Source of the DNA: a bacterium
GTDB taxonomy: Bacteria > Patescibacteriota > JABMPQ01 > JBDRIV01
Direction of reading: 5' to 3'
Length of the DNA stretch: 64,000 bases
Assembly: GCA_043815505.1 (NCBI GenBank)
Contig: JBDRIV010000002.1
Location: 374,943-438,942 of the forward strand
Positions 20,251 through 29,454 of this stretch are shown piece by piece. Below the pieces are notes generated by a model. That model was not told where the DNA came from, did not search any database, and saw only the letters and a program-made list of their open reading frames with translations. The translations under genes and the position numbers were made by a program. How positions within the stretch are numbered: the first letter of the stretch is position 1; every line of letters starts with the position of its first letter.

Positions 20251-20778
20251 ATGATAATACCAGGTTGGGATTTCGTAATAGGGCTAGTTTTCGTACTGGC
20301 TGTCGGCTTTGGTTTAATGATGCGCAAAAACCAAATCCGAATTTTTATTATTTCAATTTATATTGCTTTTGCTGTTACTAACGAAATTGGTAATCAGTTT
20401 ATTGATACAGTTAACAAAGTTGGAGAAGCAACTAAGGGTGAAGAATATCAACAACCCTCAGGTTCGTTATTGCTGGTGATATTATTTGCGGCAGTGGTAA
20501 TTGGTTTAACTTTATGGGGAGGATTTTCCATAAAAGGAAGTGGCAAAGCTCTAACTTCTGGCATGATGACAATATTATATGGAGTGGTGGGAGCGGGGTT
20601 AATGATTAGTTCACTAATTGCTTTTTTGCCACCAGAATGGCAAGCGGATTTATTGGCGTCATCTGATTTAGCTCAAAAAATAAATAATTTTAAAACCTGG
20701 TGGATAGTATTACCAGTTCTGCTAATATTTGTTGATTATTTTCTAAATAAACGTAAATCCTTAGATCTTGAGGGTTAA
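20251..20778 (+). CDS. Hypothetical membrane protein
   Basis: 4-5 hydrophobic helices. Confidence 0.45.
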   Translation: MIIPGWDFVIGLVFVLAVGFGLMMRKNQIRIFIISIYIAFAVTNEIGNQFIDTVNKVGEATKGEEYQQPSGSLLLVILFAAVVIGLTLWGGFSIKGSGKALTSGMMTILYGVVGAGLMISSLIAFLPPEWQADLLASSDLAQKINNFKTWWIVLPVLLIFVDYFLNKRKSLDLEG

Positions 20779-20799
20779 ATTTAATTTAGATTGAACTGG

Positions 20800-20826
20800 C
20801 CCTCGCAAAAAATGCGAGGGTTTTAA
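20800..20826 (+). terminator. Rho-independent terminator
   Basis: ccctcgc/gcgaggg hairpin followed by TTTT. Confidence 0.6.
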
Positions 20827-21102
20827 AAATCCTTTATCCTGAATAGAACTGAAGGACTTGACGAACTTTGAAAAATAGATAGAATAAGCAAAGTATCCAT
20901 ACCTAATTAGTACGGAATTTACAATCAAAATTAGGTGCGGACCCAGCACCAGTTTGAAAAACTGGAGCTGGGGAGCACGAATTCAAATTGGAAGGAGCCC
21001 CGCCCCAGTTTTGCAGAACTCAGCAACTTTAATGTTGTACGAATTTTAAAGAATTTCCGAAATTTAAAATCTGAGTTCTATAAAACTGGAGCGGGACGAC
21101 GA

Positions 21103-21175
21103 GGGTCCGTAGCTCAGTTGGTAGAGCACCTGCCTTTTAAGCAGGGTGTCCTGGGTTCGAGACCCAGCGGACCCA
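21103..21175 (+). tRNA. tRNA-Lys (anticodon UUU)
   Basis: GGGTCCGTAGCTCAGTTGGTAGAGCACCTGCCTTTTAAGCAGG...GGGTTCGAGACCCAGCGGACCCA. Canonical cloverleaf. No encoded CCA. Confidence 0.9.
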
Positions 21176-21191
21176 TATGTATGAGTATAAA

Positions 21192-21216
21192 AAGCCGCCA
21201 AAAAGGCGGTTTTATT
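21192..21216 (+). terminator. Terminator after tRNA-Lys
   Basis: gccgcc/ggcggt hairpin followed by TTTTATT. Confidence 0.55.
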
Positions 21217-21427
21217 ATTGACAAGGCAATTGTAAAATGTTAGTTTTATTTGATTAAGTAAATCGTTGCACATTTCATATTACATATAAGAAAAAGAGGT
21301 TGTAATATTATAGTTGCGGACGTAAGAAATCCTTCAAAAAGAGAAAAATTGTTTCTCAATTGGACAAAAAAGAAAAGAGTGATTATTTAGATAATCTATC
21401 AACCATAAAACACGGAGGAAAAAGAGA

Positions 21428-21727
21428 ATGGCCGATAATAGAGCGAATTTAATTTTATGGTATCTTGATGCCTTTCCATCTTCCTTTAAACAACAATGTT
21501 ATGTTACATATCCTGTTACCAGAAGAACAATTCTTTTTGGCAAGCCTTGTCGATCGGGAAAAGTTTATCTGCTCACGAATGATTCAAGTACTAAAGAGAA
21601 ACGAAAACAAATAGGGAGGCTTGTTCGGGGAGAGATTCCGAGTATTGTCTTTTCAGTAGAAAATGGTGGACTTGTGGAATTAGAGATTTACACTAAAAAA
21701 CGTCCGAGTAAAAAAAACAAGAAGTAA
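21428..21727 (+). CDS. Hypothetical small protein (paralog family A, basic C-terminal tail)
   Basis: Strong SD cacGGAGGaaaaagagaATG. Shares L.L...PS...T.LFG...GEIPSIV.S with ORF 21904-22260. Confidence 0.5.
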   Translation: MADNRANLILWYLDAFPSSFKQQCYVTYPVTRRTILFGKPCRSGKVYLLTNDSSTKEKRKQIGRLVRGEIPSIVFSVENGGLVELEIYTKKRPSKKNKK

Positions 21728-21747
21728 AGAATTCTTGTTCAGTAAGT

Positions 21748-21796
21748 ACCACTCCGGGAACACAGGTTTCAATTGTGTTTTCGAAGTGGTTTTTTG
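21748..21796 (+). terminator. Rho-independent terminator
   Basis: Long imperfect hairpin accactccgggaacaca/tgtgttttcgaagtggt followed by TTTTT. Confidence 0.5.
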
Positions 21797-21903
21797 TTTG
21801 ACAAAAATAACTTATTAATATAGTATTCATTGTTAATTTGAACCTTGAATTCAGAAAGCATGAGGATTAAAACTGGGTAAGGAAAAAATAGGAGGACGAG
21901 GAA

Positions 21904-22260
21904 ATGACGAAAGAAATAGATTACATCACTTTGCGTTTGATGATTAATATAATTCCCTCTGCAAAGGATGATGGTTTCGTCGGAATCATTAAGATTAACG
22001 AAAAAACATTCCTGATTGGCGAGTATAACAAGGATGTTGAGTCAATCGATATTAACACCAGTGCAGTCCGTGCTGACAAAAAGGAAGTGTTGCCTCTGGT
22101 GAAAAAACTGCTTAATGGAGAGATTCCTCATATCGTCGTATCCATAGGGTCCCATGATGAAGTCTGCACAATCAAGTGGCGGGTTCTGATTACGATTCCC
22201 CGAAAAAAACGGGTGCAAAAAACAAAGAAGAGAGCTTGCCCGAATGGTGGTAAAAAGTAA
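21904..22260 (+). CDS. Hypothetical small protein (paralog family A, basic C-terminal tail)
   Basis: SD atAGGAGGacgaggaaATG. Paralogous to 21428-21727. Confidence 0.5.
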   Translation: MTKEIDYITLRLMINIIPSAKDDGFVGIIKINEKTFLIGEYNKDVESIDINTSAVRADKKEVLPLVKKLLNGEIPHIVVSIGSHDEVCTIKWRVLITIPRKKRVQKTKKRACPNGGKK

Positions 22261-22367
22261 AAATGTTTAGTCGAGAATGAAACCAAATAATATTCCCCTA
22301 TCGTGTGGAAATTGTAAGCATCACGACGGAGAAGAAGTCTGACACAGATCACTACCATAATAATATC

Positions 22368-22405
22368 GAGGCGACTCAAAGCTTTTATGAGTCGCCTTTA
22401 ACTTT
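22368..22405 (+). terminator. Rho-independent terminator
   Basis: aggcgactc/gagtcgcct hairpin followed by TTTAACTTT. Confidence 0.5.
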
Positions 22406-22431
22406 AAGCTAAATTTTGTTAGTATATATTT

Positions 22432-22860
22432 ATGAAAAAAGGAGAAGACTATACAGGTGTTTCAATTGTTTATCTTTGCCACGATGGGAAAGGTAATTAT
22501 TTATTTAATAAAAGAAGCAATAAATGTCGCGATGAACATGGGTGTTGGGATCAGGGAGGGGGAGGATTGGAATTTGGTGAAGAAGTTGATGATTGTTTAC
22601 AGAAAGAAATAAAAGAAGAATATTGTACAGATGTTTTGGATTATGAATTATTAGGTTATCGTGATGTACATAGAGAGCACAAAGGAAAAAAGACACATTG
22701 GGTTGCTCTAGATTTTAAAGTCTTAGTAGATAGAGAAAAAGTGAAAAATGGTGAACCTCACAAGTTTGATGAAATTGGTTGGTTCAAAATAAATGATTTA
22801 CCAAAACCTCTTCATTCTCAAACACCAACTTTTGTAAGGAATTATAAAGATCGTTTTTGA
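22432..22860 (+). CDS. NUDIX hydrolase
   Basis: GGLEFGEEVDDCLQKEIKEE approximates the Nudix box GX5EX7REUXEEXGU. Confidence 0.65.
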   Translation: MKKGEDYTGVSIVYLCHDGKGNYLFNKRSNKCRDEHGCWDQGGGGLEFGEEVDDCLQKEIKEEYCTDVLDYELLGYRDVHREHKGKKTHWVALDFKVLVDREKVKNGEPHKFDEIGWFKINDLPKPLHSQTPTFVRNYKDRF

Positions 22861-23003
22861 ATTTGATAAAAGCTTAATATCTATTTCTCCATAACGGTAT
22901 GAAAAACAGAGTCAATAAACGGGTTTCTTATTTGACTAAAATTGTTTTTGTTGATACCTTGAAGCATGGTAAAATCGACCTTTTCAAAATAAGGAGGAAC
23001 AAA

Positions 23004-23330
23004 ATGAGAGAATCAAAAGGTATGAGAAAGCATCTGCGAAGAAGAAATATGTATATTCGTTGGCTAACAGAAGGATGTACAAGGGAAAGGAGAAAAAAAG
23101 CAATGCAATTCTTCTCGCTGCGTGGCGAGAATCTTCCCATGGAAGTACAAGCAGCTCTTAATCGACAAGCAGAAGAGCGAGCAGCTGCAAAAAATATACT
23201 TTCCAAAGAAGAAAGAGATCGTAGAGCACATGCAGAATATCTTAATAAAAAAGAGAGAGAAGAAAGAGCTGCCCTATCTCCTTATCAGCTTTGGTTGAAA
23301 AAGTTTGGGAGGCAAATGAGCAACAGGTGA
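23004..23330 (+). CDS. Hypothetical Arg/Lys-rich protein
   Basis: Strong SD aAGGAGGaacaaaATG at 23004. The track ORF starts at 22899 but has no SD there. GC is above background. Confidence 0.45.
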   Translation: MRESKGMRKHLRRRNMYIRWLTEGCTRERRKKAMQFFSLRGENLPMEVQAALNRQAEERAAAKNILSKEERDRRAHAEYLNKKEREERAALSPYQLWLKKFGRQMSNR

Positions 23331-23345
23331 GTCATGAAAAACTAG

Positions 23346-23663
23346 ATGTTGAGCTGTAATCTTACTGAAGCAGTACAATTTTATGATGAGCATTATGGTG
23401 AAAATGTGTTGTTTAGCTTTTATAAAGAGCGTTCACCTGATAAATTATCATTCAGATTGGTGAATCGTGTATGGCAGGAAAAACGTCAGAATAATCATGG
23501 TTCATTATTGGTCATTACCATTTCCGACTATTCGGAAACACCAAAAATACAAGTGCTCATTATTGAAAACAAGGATGAATGGGAGAAAGATGTGACAGGT
23601 CACATTGTCAAAATTTACAGTGTGATTGCTGAAAATGTAGTATATGATGTACATGTCAATTAG
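23346..23663 (+). CDS. Hypothetical protein
   Basis: ORF follows the previous gene by 15 nt. No motif. Confidence 0.4.
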   Translation: MLSCNLTEAVQFYDEHYGENVLFSFYKERSPDKLSFRLVNRVWQEKRQNNHGSLLVITISDYSETPKIQVLIIENKDEWEKDVTGHIVKIYSVIAENVVYDVHVN

Positions 23664-23686
23664 CCTAATCCAATTTTCAAATAATA

Positions 23687-23736
23687 AAAGCTTCTGATGG
23701 CAGATTTGTCTGCCAGTAAATCAGAAGCTTTTTCAT
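23687..23736. terminator. Nested-hairpin terminator (likely bidirectional)
   Basis: aagcttctga...tcagaagctt encloses ggcagatttgtctgcc and is followed by TTTTT. Confidence 0.55.
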
Positions 23737-23743
23737 ATAGTTA

Positions 23744-23769
23744 TTCTATCTTTCTATAGAAAGATAGAA
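23744..23769. repeat. 26-bp perfect palindrome TTCTATCTTTCTATAGAAAGATAGAA
   Basis: Exact self-complementarity (10-bp arms + CTATAG core) in a convergent intergenic region. Confidence 0.6.
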
Positions 23770-23783
23770 TAAGTGATTTTTAC

Positions 23784-23824
23784 AAAGAAAACCCCGCCTA
23801 ATGTCTGTTAAGACAGGCGGGGGA
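23784..23824 (-). terminator. Terminator for minus-strand ORF 23876-24169
   Basis: ccccgcc/ggcgggg hairpin followed by a T-run on the minus strand. Confidence 0.55.
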
Positions 23825-23875
23825 ATGTGCGAGATGGAGATAAAGGAATACTTGTTTTTGTGTCAGCATATATGC

Positions 23876-24169
23876 CTATGTCTTCTGTATTTCCTTGTTC
23901 TCAGAATCCGACATATTCATCTTTGAAAGTATAAAGAACATTGTTCCAAAGAATAATACTGAGGAGTATGTTAACCAGCAGCTTGCGACCAAGGGACGCA
24001 ATTCACCTGTAAGACCAAACCAGTTCATGTAGGCAGCTGTTGGTAAGGGAATCCATCCCAAGACAGCACAGATAATGTATCTTTTTACATTCATACTCTT
24101 CTTGGCTTTGCAAGTAAATTGAATGCTGATAATAAATACTACAAGCGAATAAAGCAATACTAAACACAT
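23876..24169 (-). CDS. Hypothetical small membrane protein
   Basis: Two or three hydrophobic helices. GC above background. Confidence 0.45.
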   Translation of the reverse strand: MCLVLLYSLVVFIISIQFTCKAKKSMNVKRYIICAVLGWIPLPTAAYMNWFGLTGELRPLVASCWLTYSSVLFFGTMFFILSKMNMSDSENKEIQKT

Positions 24170-24388
24170 GTTTTTTCCTCCAATAGGAACAGATTTTAAG
24201 GAGCGATTCTAGCGATTCTCACCATGAGAAGCGCTCGTTTTAGTTTCAGACAAATTTCTCATTTCGAGATAATAAATAATAACATACAGCACAATAAATG
24301 TCAAGTATTTAGGCGTAAAATCAACTTTGACAATTGCGACCGAAAGGGATATATTTAAAGGGAGATTTGTTAATAAATAGACACAAAA

Positions 24389-26194
24389 ATGCCATTGTAT
24401 AGAAGCCACAACTGTGGCGAACTTAAGGCCTCAAATAAGGGAAAAAGTGTGGTTTTGTCCGGTTGGGTAAACCGTCGCCGAGATCACGGGGGGCTTATTT
24501 TTATTGATTTGCGTGACCAAGAAGGAATGACGCAACTGACTTTTGACCCTAAAAAACAGGAAAAGGTGTTTTCAGTTGCAGAAACTTTGCGACCAGAATT
24601 TGTAATTCGAGTAGAGGGAACGGTCGCACTTAGACCAGCAGAAATGACAAACAAGAAGTTATCAACTGGTGAAATTGAAATTGAGGTCAAAAAATTAGAT
24701 ATTTTGAATAAAGCCAAGACCCCACCGTTTAACATTGCTTTAGCCGACGGCGAAGAGGCAGAAGATCAGGCCAAAAAACTTGGAGAGGATGTGCGTATGA
24801 AATATCGCTATTTGGATATGCGTCGACAAATGGTTCGCGAAAAATTGAACTTGCGTTCTGAAATTATAAAATATATGCGCGAGTTTATGTGGAAAGAAAA
24901 ATTTCAAGAAATAGAAACTCCAATTCTAACTAAATCCACACCAGAAGGTGCGCGCGATTATTTGGTTCCGTCACGAGTTTATCCCGGAAAATTTTATGCT
25001 CTACCACAATCCCCACAGCAGTACAAACAAATGCTGATGGTGGCAGGAGTTGATAAATATTTTCAAATTGCACCATGTTTTCGTGATGAAGATCCACGAG
25101 CTGACAGATCACCAGATCAGTTTTATCAGCTTGATATTGAGATGGCATTTCCAGAGCAAGACAAAATTTTAGATTTGTGTGAAAAACTATTTACAGCCGT
25201 TGCAGAAAAGTTTACCAAGAAAAAGATTTTACAAACTCCCTGGCCACGATTAACTCATGCTGAGGTTATGGAAAAATATGGCGTGGACAAACCAGATTTA
25301 AGATTTAATTTAGAAATTAAAAATGTAACTGAAATAGTTAAGAATTGTGGTTTTAAAGTATTTTCTAATGTTGTAAAAGATGGTGGTGTTGTAAAAGCGA
25401 TTAAAGCTGATAGTGCCGCTAAATTTTCTCGTCAGCAAATTGATGACTTAACAGAATATGCCAAAGCATTTGGCGCTAAAGGTTTAGCTTATATTGTAGT
25501 TGAGGAAAAGGGATTAAAATCTCCAATCGTAAAATTCCTTAGAGATGATGTTGCGAGTAATATTGTAAAAGAAATGGGAGCCAAGGTTGGCGATACAATT
25601 TTCTTTGGGGCAGGCGATGCTATGAACGTGCGAGATATTTTAGGACAAGTGAGAAACAAACTTGGTGAGATGTTAGAACTGGCTGATCCAAATGTGTTAG
25701 CTTTTTGTTTTGTAATTGACTGGCCATTATTTGAAGAAGAAAAAAATGACGGTCACTATGCGCCAGCTCATCATATGTTTACAGCGCCAAAAGAAGAAGA
25801 TTTAGACAAGCTAGAAAAGGAACCTAATAGTGTAAAATCTTATCAGCACGATATGGTTTTGAATGGTGTGGAAGTTGGTGGCGGATCAATTAGAATTCAC
25901 GATAGAGAAACTCAAGACAAAATATTTAAATTGATTGGCTTTTCAGAAAAGGACAGGAAATATTTTGAGCATATGCTGGAAGCATTTGAATATGGCGCTC
26001 CGCCACATGGTGGTATCGCACCGGGGATTGATAGATTTATAATGACACTCCTGAATGAAGAAAATATTCGCGAAGTAATACCGTTTCCCAAGACTGGTTC
26101 GGTGGAAGAATTAATGATGGGATCACCAAGCGAGGTAAGTGAAGATCAGCTTAAAGATTTGAGCCTAGAAGTCAAAAAGCGTAAGGATAAATAA
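24389..26194 (+). CDS. aspS: Aspartyl-tRNA synthetase
   Basis: N-terminal OB-fold anticodon-binding region. Class II motifs FRDEDPRADRSPDQFYQLDIEMAF and GGGSIRIHD. Confidence 0.95.
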   Translation: MPLYRSHNCGELKASNKGKSVVLSGWVNRRRDHGGLIFIDLRDQEGMTQLTFDPKKQEKVFSVAETLRPEFVIRVEGTVALRPAEMTNKKLSTGEIEIEVKKLDILNKAKTPPFNIALADGEEAEDQAKKLGEDVRMKYRYLDMRRQMVREKLNLRSEIIKYMREFMWKEKFQEIETPILTKSTPEGARDYLVPSRVYPGKFYALPQSPQQYKQMLMVAGVDKYFQIAPCFRDEDPRADRSPDQFYQLDIEMAFPEQDKILDLCEKLFTAVAEKFTKKKILQTPWPRLTHAEVMEKYGVDKPDLRFNLEIKNVTEIVKNCGFKVFSNVVKDGGVVKAIKADSAAKFSRQQIDDLTEYAKAFGAKGLAYIVVEEKGLKSPIVKFLRDDVASNIVKEMGAKVGDTIFFGAGDAMNVRDILGQVRNKLGEMLELADPNVLAFCFVIDWPLFEEEKNDGHYAPAHHMFTAPKEEDLDKLEKEPNSVKSYQHDMVLNGVEVGGGSIRIHDRETQDKIFKLIGFSEKDRKYFEHMLEAFEYGAPPHGGIAPGIDRFIMTLLNEENIREVIPFPKTGSVEELMMGSPSEVSEDQLKDLSLEVKKRKDK

Positions 26195-26276
26195 AGAGTA
26201 GATTAAAATTTAAAATTAAAAGAGCAAGGAAACTAAAATATTTTGAATTTTTCTCTTTAATCTTTAATCTTTTACA

Positions 26277-26573
26277 GTGCGTCTTTCCAAATTACAAAAA
26301 TACATTTTGCTAACTTGTCACGCCGAGGGAAATAAAAGGGTGAAAAAGAAAGACTTTTTTGGTTTCTATATGCAGGAAAAGAATAAAAACCAAAAATATA
26401 TTTTGGATTCTGTAACCAGAAGTTTGGAACGTTTAATTGAAAAAGAATGTTTGGTGGGATTTGGATCAAAAACTCCGAAGAGATTTTACATAAAAGAAGT
26501 GCGACTGACACTATTCGGACGAAAAGTAGCCAGAACTTTGTATGGCAAACAACAAAAATTATTTAAAAGATAA
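26277..26573 (+). CDS. Hypothetical protein (GTG start)
   Basis: ORF only. Confidence 0.35.
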   Translation: MRLSKLQKYILLTCHAEGNKRVKKKDFFGFYMQEKNKNQKYILDSVTRSLERLIEKECLVGFGSKTPKRFYIKEVRLTLFGRKVARTLYGKQQKLFKR

Positions 26574-26575
26574 AT

Positions 26576-27136
26576 ATGCCCGTAGTTGCAAAAGTTTTAA
26601 AACAATTTGAAAAAAACAAAGTTAATTATAAGTTGCTTTCACACAAAGTAACTTATACTGCCTTGGATAGAGCAGAGACTCAGAAAATTGATATGAGTGA
26701 TGTTGTGAAAACCTTGGTACTTAAAGCTGATAAATATTATATTTTAGCTTGTGTCCCTGCTATTAAGAATTTGGATAAAAACAAGGTTAAAAAGATTCTA
26801 AATATATATCTGAAAAAGCAAGAAGAAAAAGCTGTTAAAAAGGTTGATTTTGCCAAAGAAGCTTGGATGACAAAAAATATTCCTGGAAAAGTTGGTTCTA
26901 CACCACCCTTTGCATCATTGTTCCTCAAAAAATGGGCCAGCCTAAAAAACAAAGAAATTATTCCCGTTATATTTGATAATGCTTTACTGAAAAGAAAAGT
27001 AATTTTTCTTAATTCAGGTGATTATAAAATTTCTATAATGTTGAAACCGGCAGGGTTCCTCAAAGTAGAAGAAGTTTTACCAGGAGCGATTTCTGCCCCG
27101 AAGAAAATTAAGAAGCAGAAGAAGCCAAAAAAATGA
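26576..27136 (+). CDS. YbaK/ProX-type aminoacyl-tRNA deacylase with Lys-rich C-terminal tail
   Basis: Collinear with E. coli YbaK: VVKTLVLKADKYYILACVPAIKNLDKNKVKKIL, GSTPPFAS, IFLNSGDYKISIML. Confidence 0.65.
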   Translation: MPVVAKVLKQFEKNKVNYKLLSHKVTYTALDRAETQKIDMSDVVKTLVLKADKYYILACVPAIKNLDKNKVKKILNIYLKKQEEKAVKKVDFAKEAWMTKNIPGKVGSTPPFASLFLKKWASLKNKEIIPVIFDNALLKRKVIFLNSGDYKISIMLKPAGFLKVEEVLPGAISAPKKIKKQKKPKK

Positions 27137-27843
27137 CAGTAAATTTTAGTTTAGAACAATTTGAGGGGCCACTAGATCTTCTATTGGAATTAATTGAGAA
27201 GGAAGAACTTGATATTACTGAAGTTTCACTTTCCAGAATCGCTGATCAATTTATTCAATATTTAGAAAAAGTAGAAAATCTGCAGCCAGAACTTTTAGCC
27301 GATTTTTTATTTGTCGCCGCTCGTTTATTACTAATTAAATCTCGAGCCTTATTACCGGACTTAGAAGTTGATGATGAAGAAGAGCTGTCGGCCGAAGAAT
27401 TACAGTTTAGATTGAAGCAGTACAAAAAATTTAGAGACATTAGCAAAGAGATTTTGCAAATATGGATGTCGAAAAGGAAATCATTCCGTCGCGAATTTGA
27501 TTTGTCAGTTTTCACATCTTTTTATCCTCCAGCCGAAGTTAGTGCCCATAGTCTAGATGAATCCTTTAAAGGTTTGTTAAAGAATTTGGCTCGTCAAGAA
27601 AAGTTGGCGGAAACCACAATTTTAGAAGAAGTTTCAATCGAAGAGAGAATAAATTCTATTCAAGGAACAATTTTAGAAAAAGTTCAGGTAAGATTTCAAA
27701 CTTTGTTAGAAGTTGCCAATACTAAGTTAGAAGTTATAGTTACATTTTTAGCTTTGCTCGAACTTATTAAGCAAAGAGTAGTGGTGGCCAAGCAATCAGA
27801 GAATTTTGAAGAAATATTTGTCGAACAAAATAATACTCATTAA
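27133..27843 (+). CDS. scpA: Segregation and condensation protein A
   Basis: LEQFEGPLDLLLELIEKEELDITEVSLSRIADQF. Confidence 0.85.
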   Translation: MTVNFSLEQFEGPLDLLLELIEKEELDITEVSLSRIADQFIQYLEKVENLQPELLADFLFVAARLLLIKSRALLPDLEVDDEEELSAEELQFRLKQYKKFRDISKEILQIWMSKRKSFRREFDLSVFTSFYPPAEVSAHSLDESFKGLLKNLARQEKLAETTILEEVSIEERINSIQGTILEKVQVRFQTLLEVANTKLEVIVTFLALLELIKQRVVVAKQSENFEEIFVEQNNTH

Positions 27844-27854
27844 AGAATAATTAG

Positions 27855-28559
27855 ATGAACAAAACGAAATCACAGATCGAAAGTTTGCTTTTTACGCTGA
27901 CTGATCCGATCGATATAAAAAAGTTGGCCGGTTATGCCAAAATTATGGTACCGGAATGTGAAACTGCTCTTAAGGAAATAGCAGTTGAGTATGAAGAACA
28001 AAATCGGGGAGTGCGAATTTTGCAACGCGGACGCATGGTGCAAATGGTAACGGCAGCTGATAATGCTAAAATTGCCGAACAAATTGTAAAATCGGAATTG
28101 TCGGAAGGCCTCTCCAATGCTGCTCTTGAAACCTTAAGTATTATTTTATATCGCGGACCAATTAGTAGAGCCGAAATTGAAGCAGTGCGCGGTGTAAACT
28201 GTACTTTCATTTTGCGCAATCTGTTAATGCGCGGTTTAGTGGAACATAAAAAAAGCGTCAGAGATGCGCGTATGTGGGAATATGAAGTTACTTTTGAATA
28301 TTTACAACATTTAGGAATTACCAAAGTTTCCGAATTACCAAACTATGAAGAATTAAGTAAGCGGGAAGAATTTGATAATGCTTTGGAAAAATACTCGGCT
28401 CTAATAGATCAATCGGAAGAAGAAAATCAAATAGAAGAAAACAAAACAGAAGTGAGTTCTGAAGAAAATTCTTTAGAAGAAAAAGGAGAAGAAAATGTAG
28501 CCGAAAAGAATAGAGAAGAAATTTCTAAAACAGAAGGAGGAGAAGATCATGATAGCTAA
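27855..28559 (+). CDS. scpB: Segregation and condensation protein B (acidic C-terminal tail)
   Basis: IESLLF...SNAALETLSIILYRGPISRAEIEAVRG, a tandem winged-helix pattern. Confidence 0.85.
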   Translation: MNKTKSQIESLLFTLTDPIDIKKLAGYAKIMVPECETALKEIAVEYEEQNRGVRILQRGRMVQMVTAADNAKIAEQIVKSELSEGLSNAALETLSIILYRGPISRAEIEAVRGVNCTFILRNLLMRGLVEHKKSVRDARMWEYEVTFEYLQHLGITKVSELPNYEELSKREEFDNALEKYSALIDQSEEENQIEENKTEVSSEENSLEEKGEENVAEKNREEISKTEGGEDHDS

Positions 28560-29454
28560 AGTATTAGTTTTTACATTACTTTTGTTTCCGGGAATGAATC
28601 TGAATTTGCCGGAAGTGCAAACAAAAGCTACCTTGCCTCAAGCAGAAAGCTTGGATAATGATGCCTTTGGTGGTGGCTTTGTTAAAGCGGCACCTGTTAA
28701 AACTGGTGAATCGCTCGGAGTTTTATTATCAGGTGAAGAAGGACTGATTTTTGATGTTGATTCAAAAACTGTACTTTTTTCTAAAAATGAAAATCAACCT
28801 CGAGCGATGGCTTCTACTACCAAATTAATGACAGTGCTTTTATTGATGGATAGTGAAAAGTCTTTGGATGAAGTGGTAACAATTAGTGGCAATGTTTCTA
28901 AAGAAGGTTCCGATGTTGCCTTATCGGCTGGCGAAGAAGTTCGCGCTTCGGATTTGTTAAAAGCCGCTTTGATTGCTTCTGCTAACGACGCCGCTTTAGC
29001 TATTTCTGAGTTTGTAGCGCCAGATACGATTACCTTTGTTAATATGATGAATGAAAAAACTAAAGAACTCGGCATGAAAAATACAGTTTATAAAAATCCT
29101 ACTGGTTTAGATGAAGAGGGACATGTTTCCAGTGCTTACGATATAACAATTTTAATGAATAAAGTTTTAGAATATGAAGATATTAGAAATGCAATTAATA
29201 CTAAAGAAGCTTCCGTTTATATTTTAAATAGCAACCGAGTTATAAATTTACAAAATACCAATGAGTTGCTGGGAAGTGATTTAGAAATATTTGGTGGTAA
29301 AACTGGTTATACGGAGGCAGCTAAAAGATGTTTAACAACGGTAACTGATAAAAATGGTCATCGTTTAATTGTAACAGTAATGGGTTCGACCGACGCTTTC
29401 CATGATACGCGCGCTTTAATTGAATGGACTCACAATAATTTTACTTGGAAATAA
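28549..29454 (+). CDS. D-alanyl-D-alanine carboxypeptidase (serine-type, PBP5/6 family)
   Basis: Signal peptide. SxxK (ASTTK), SxN (ASAND), KTG (GGKTGYT). Confidence 0.8.
   Translation: MIAKVLVFTLLLFPGMNLNLPEVQTKATLPQAESLDNDAFGGGFVKAAPVKTGESLGVLLSGEEGLIFDVDSKTVLFSKNENQPRAMASTTKLMTVLLLMDSEKSLDEVVTISGNVSKEGSDVALSAGEEVRASDLLKAALIASANDAALAISEFVAPDTITFVNMMNEKTKELGMKNTVYKNPTGLDEEGHVSSAYDITILMNKVLEYEDIRNAINTKEASVYILNSNRVINLQNTNELLGSDLEIFGGKTGYTEAAKRCLTTVTDKNGHRLIVTVMGSTDAFHDTRALIEWTHNNFTWK

Noticed and set aside
20880-21100. Repeated CCAGTTTT / AACTGGAGC hairpin-like motifs upstream of tRNA-Lys
   Set aside because: Several short imperfect hairpins sit there (e.g. cccagcaccagtttgaaaaactggagctggg). 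They could be tRNA promoter/upstream structure, but no consistent repeat unit or known motif could be defined by eye.
24209-24409. Minus-strand ORF 24209-24409 (66 aa)
   Set aside because: It overlaps the aspS start and its upstream region, and has no SD. Spurious.
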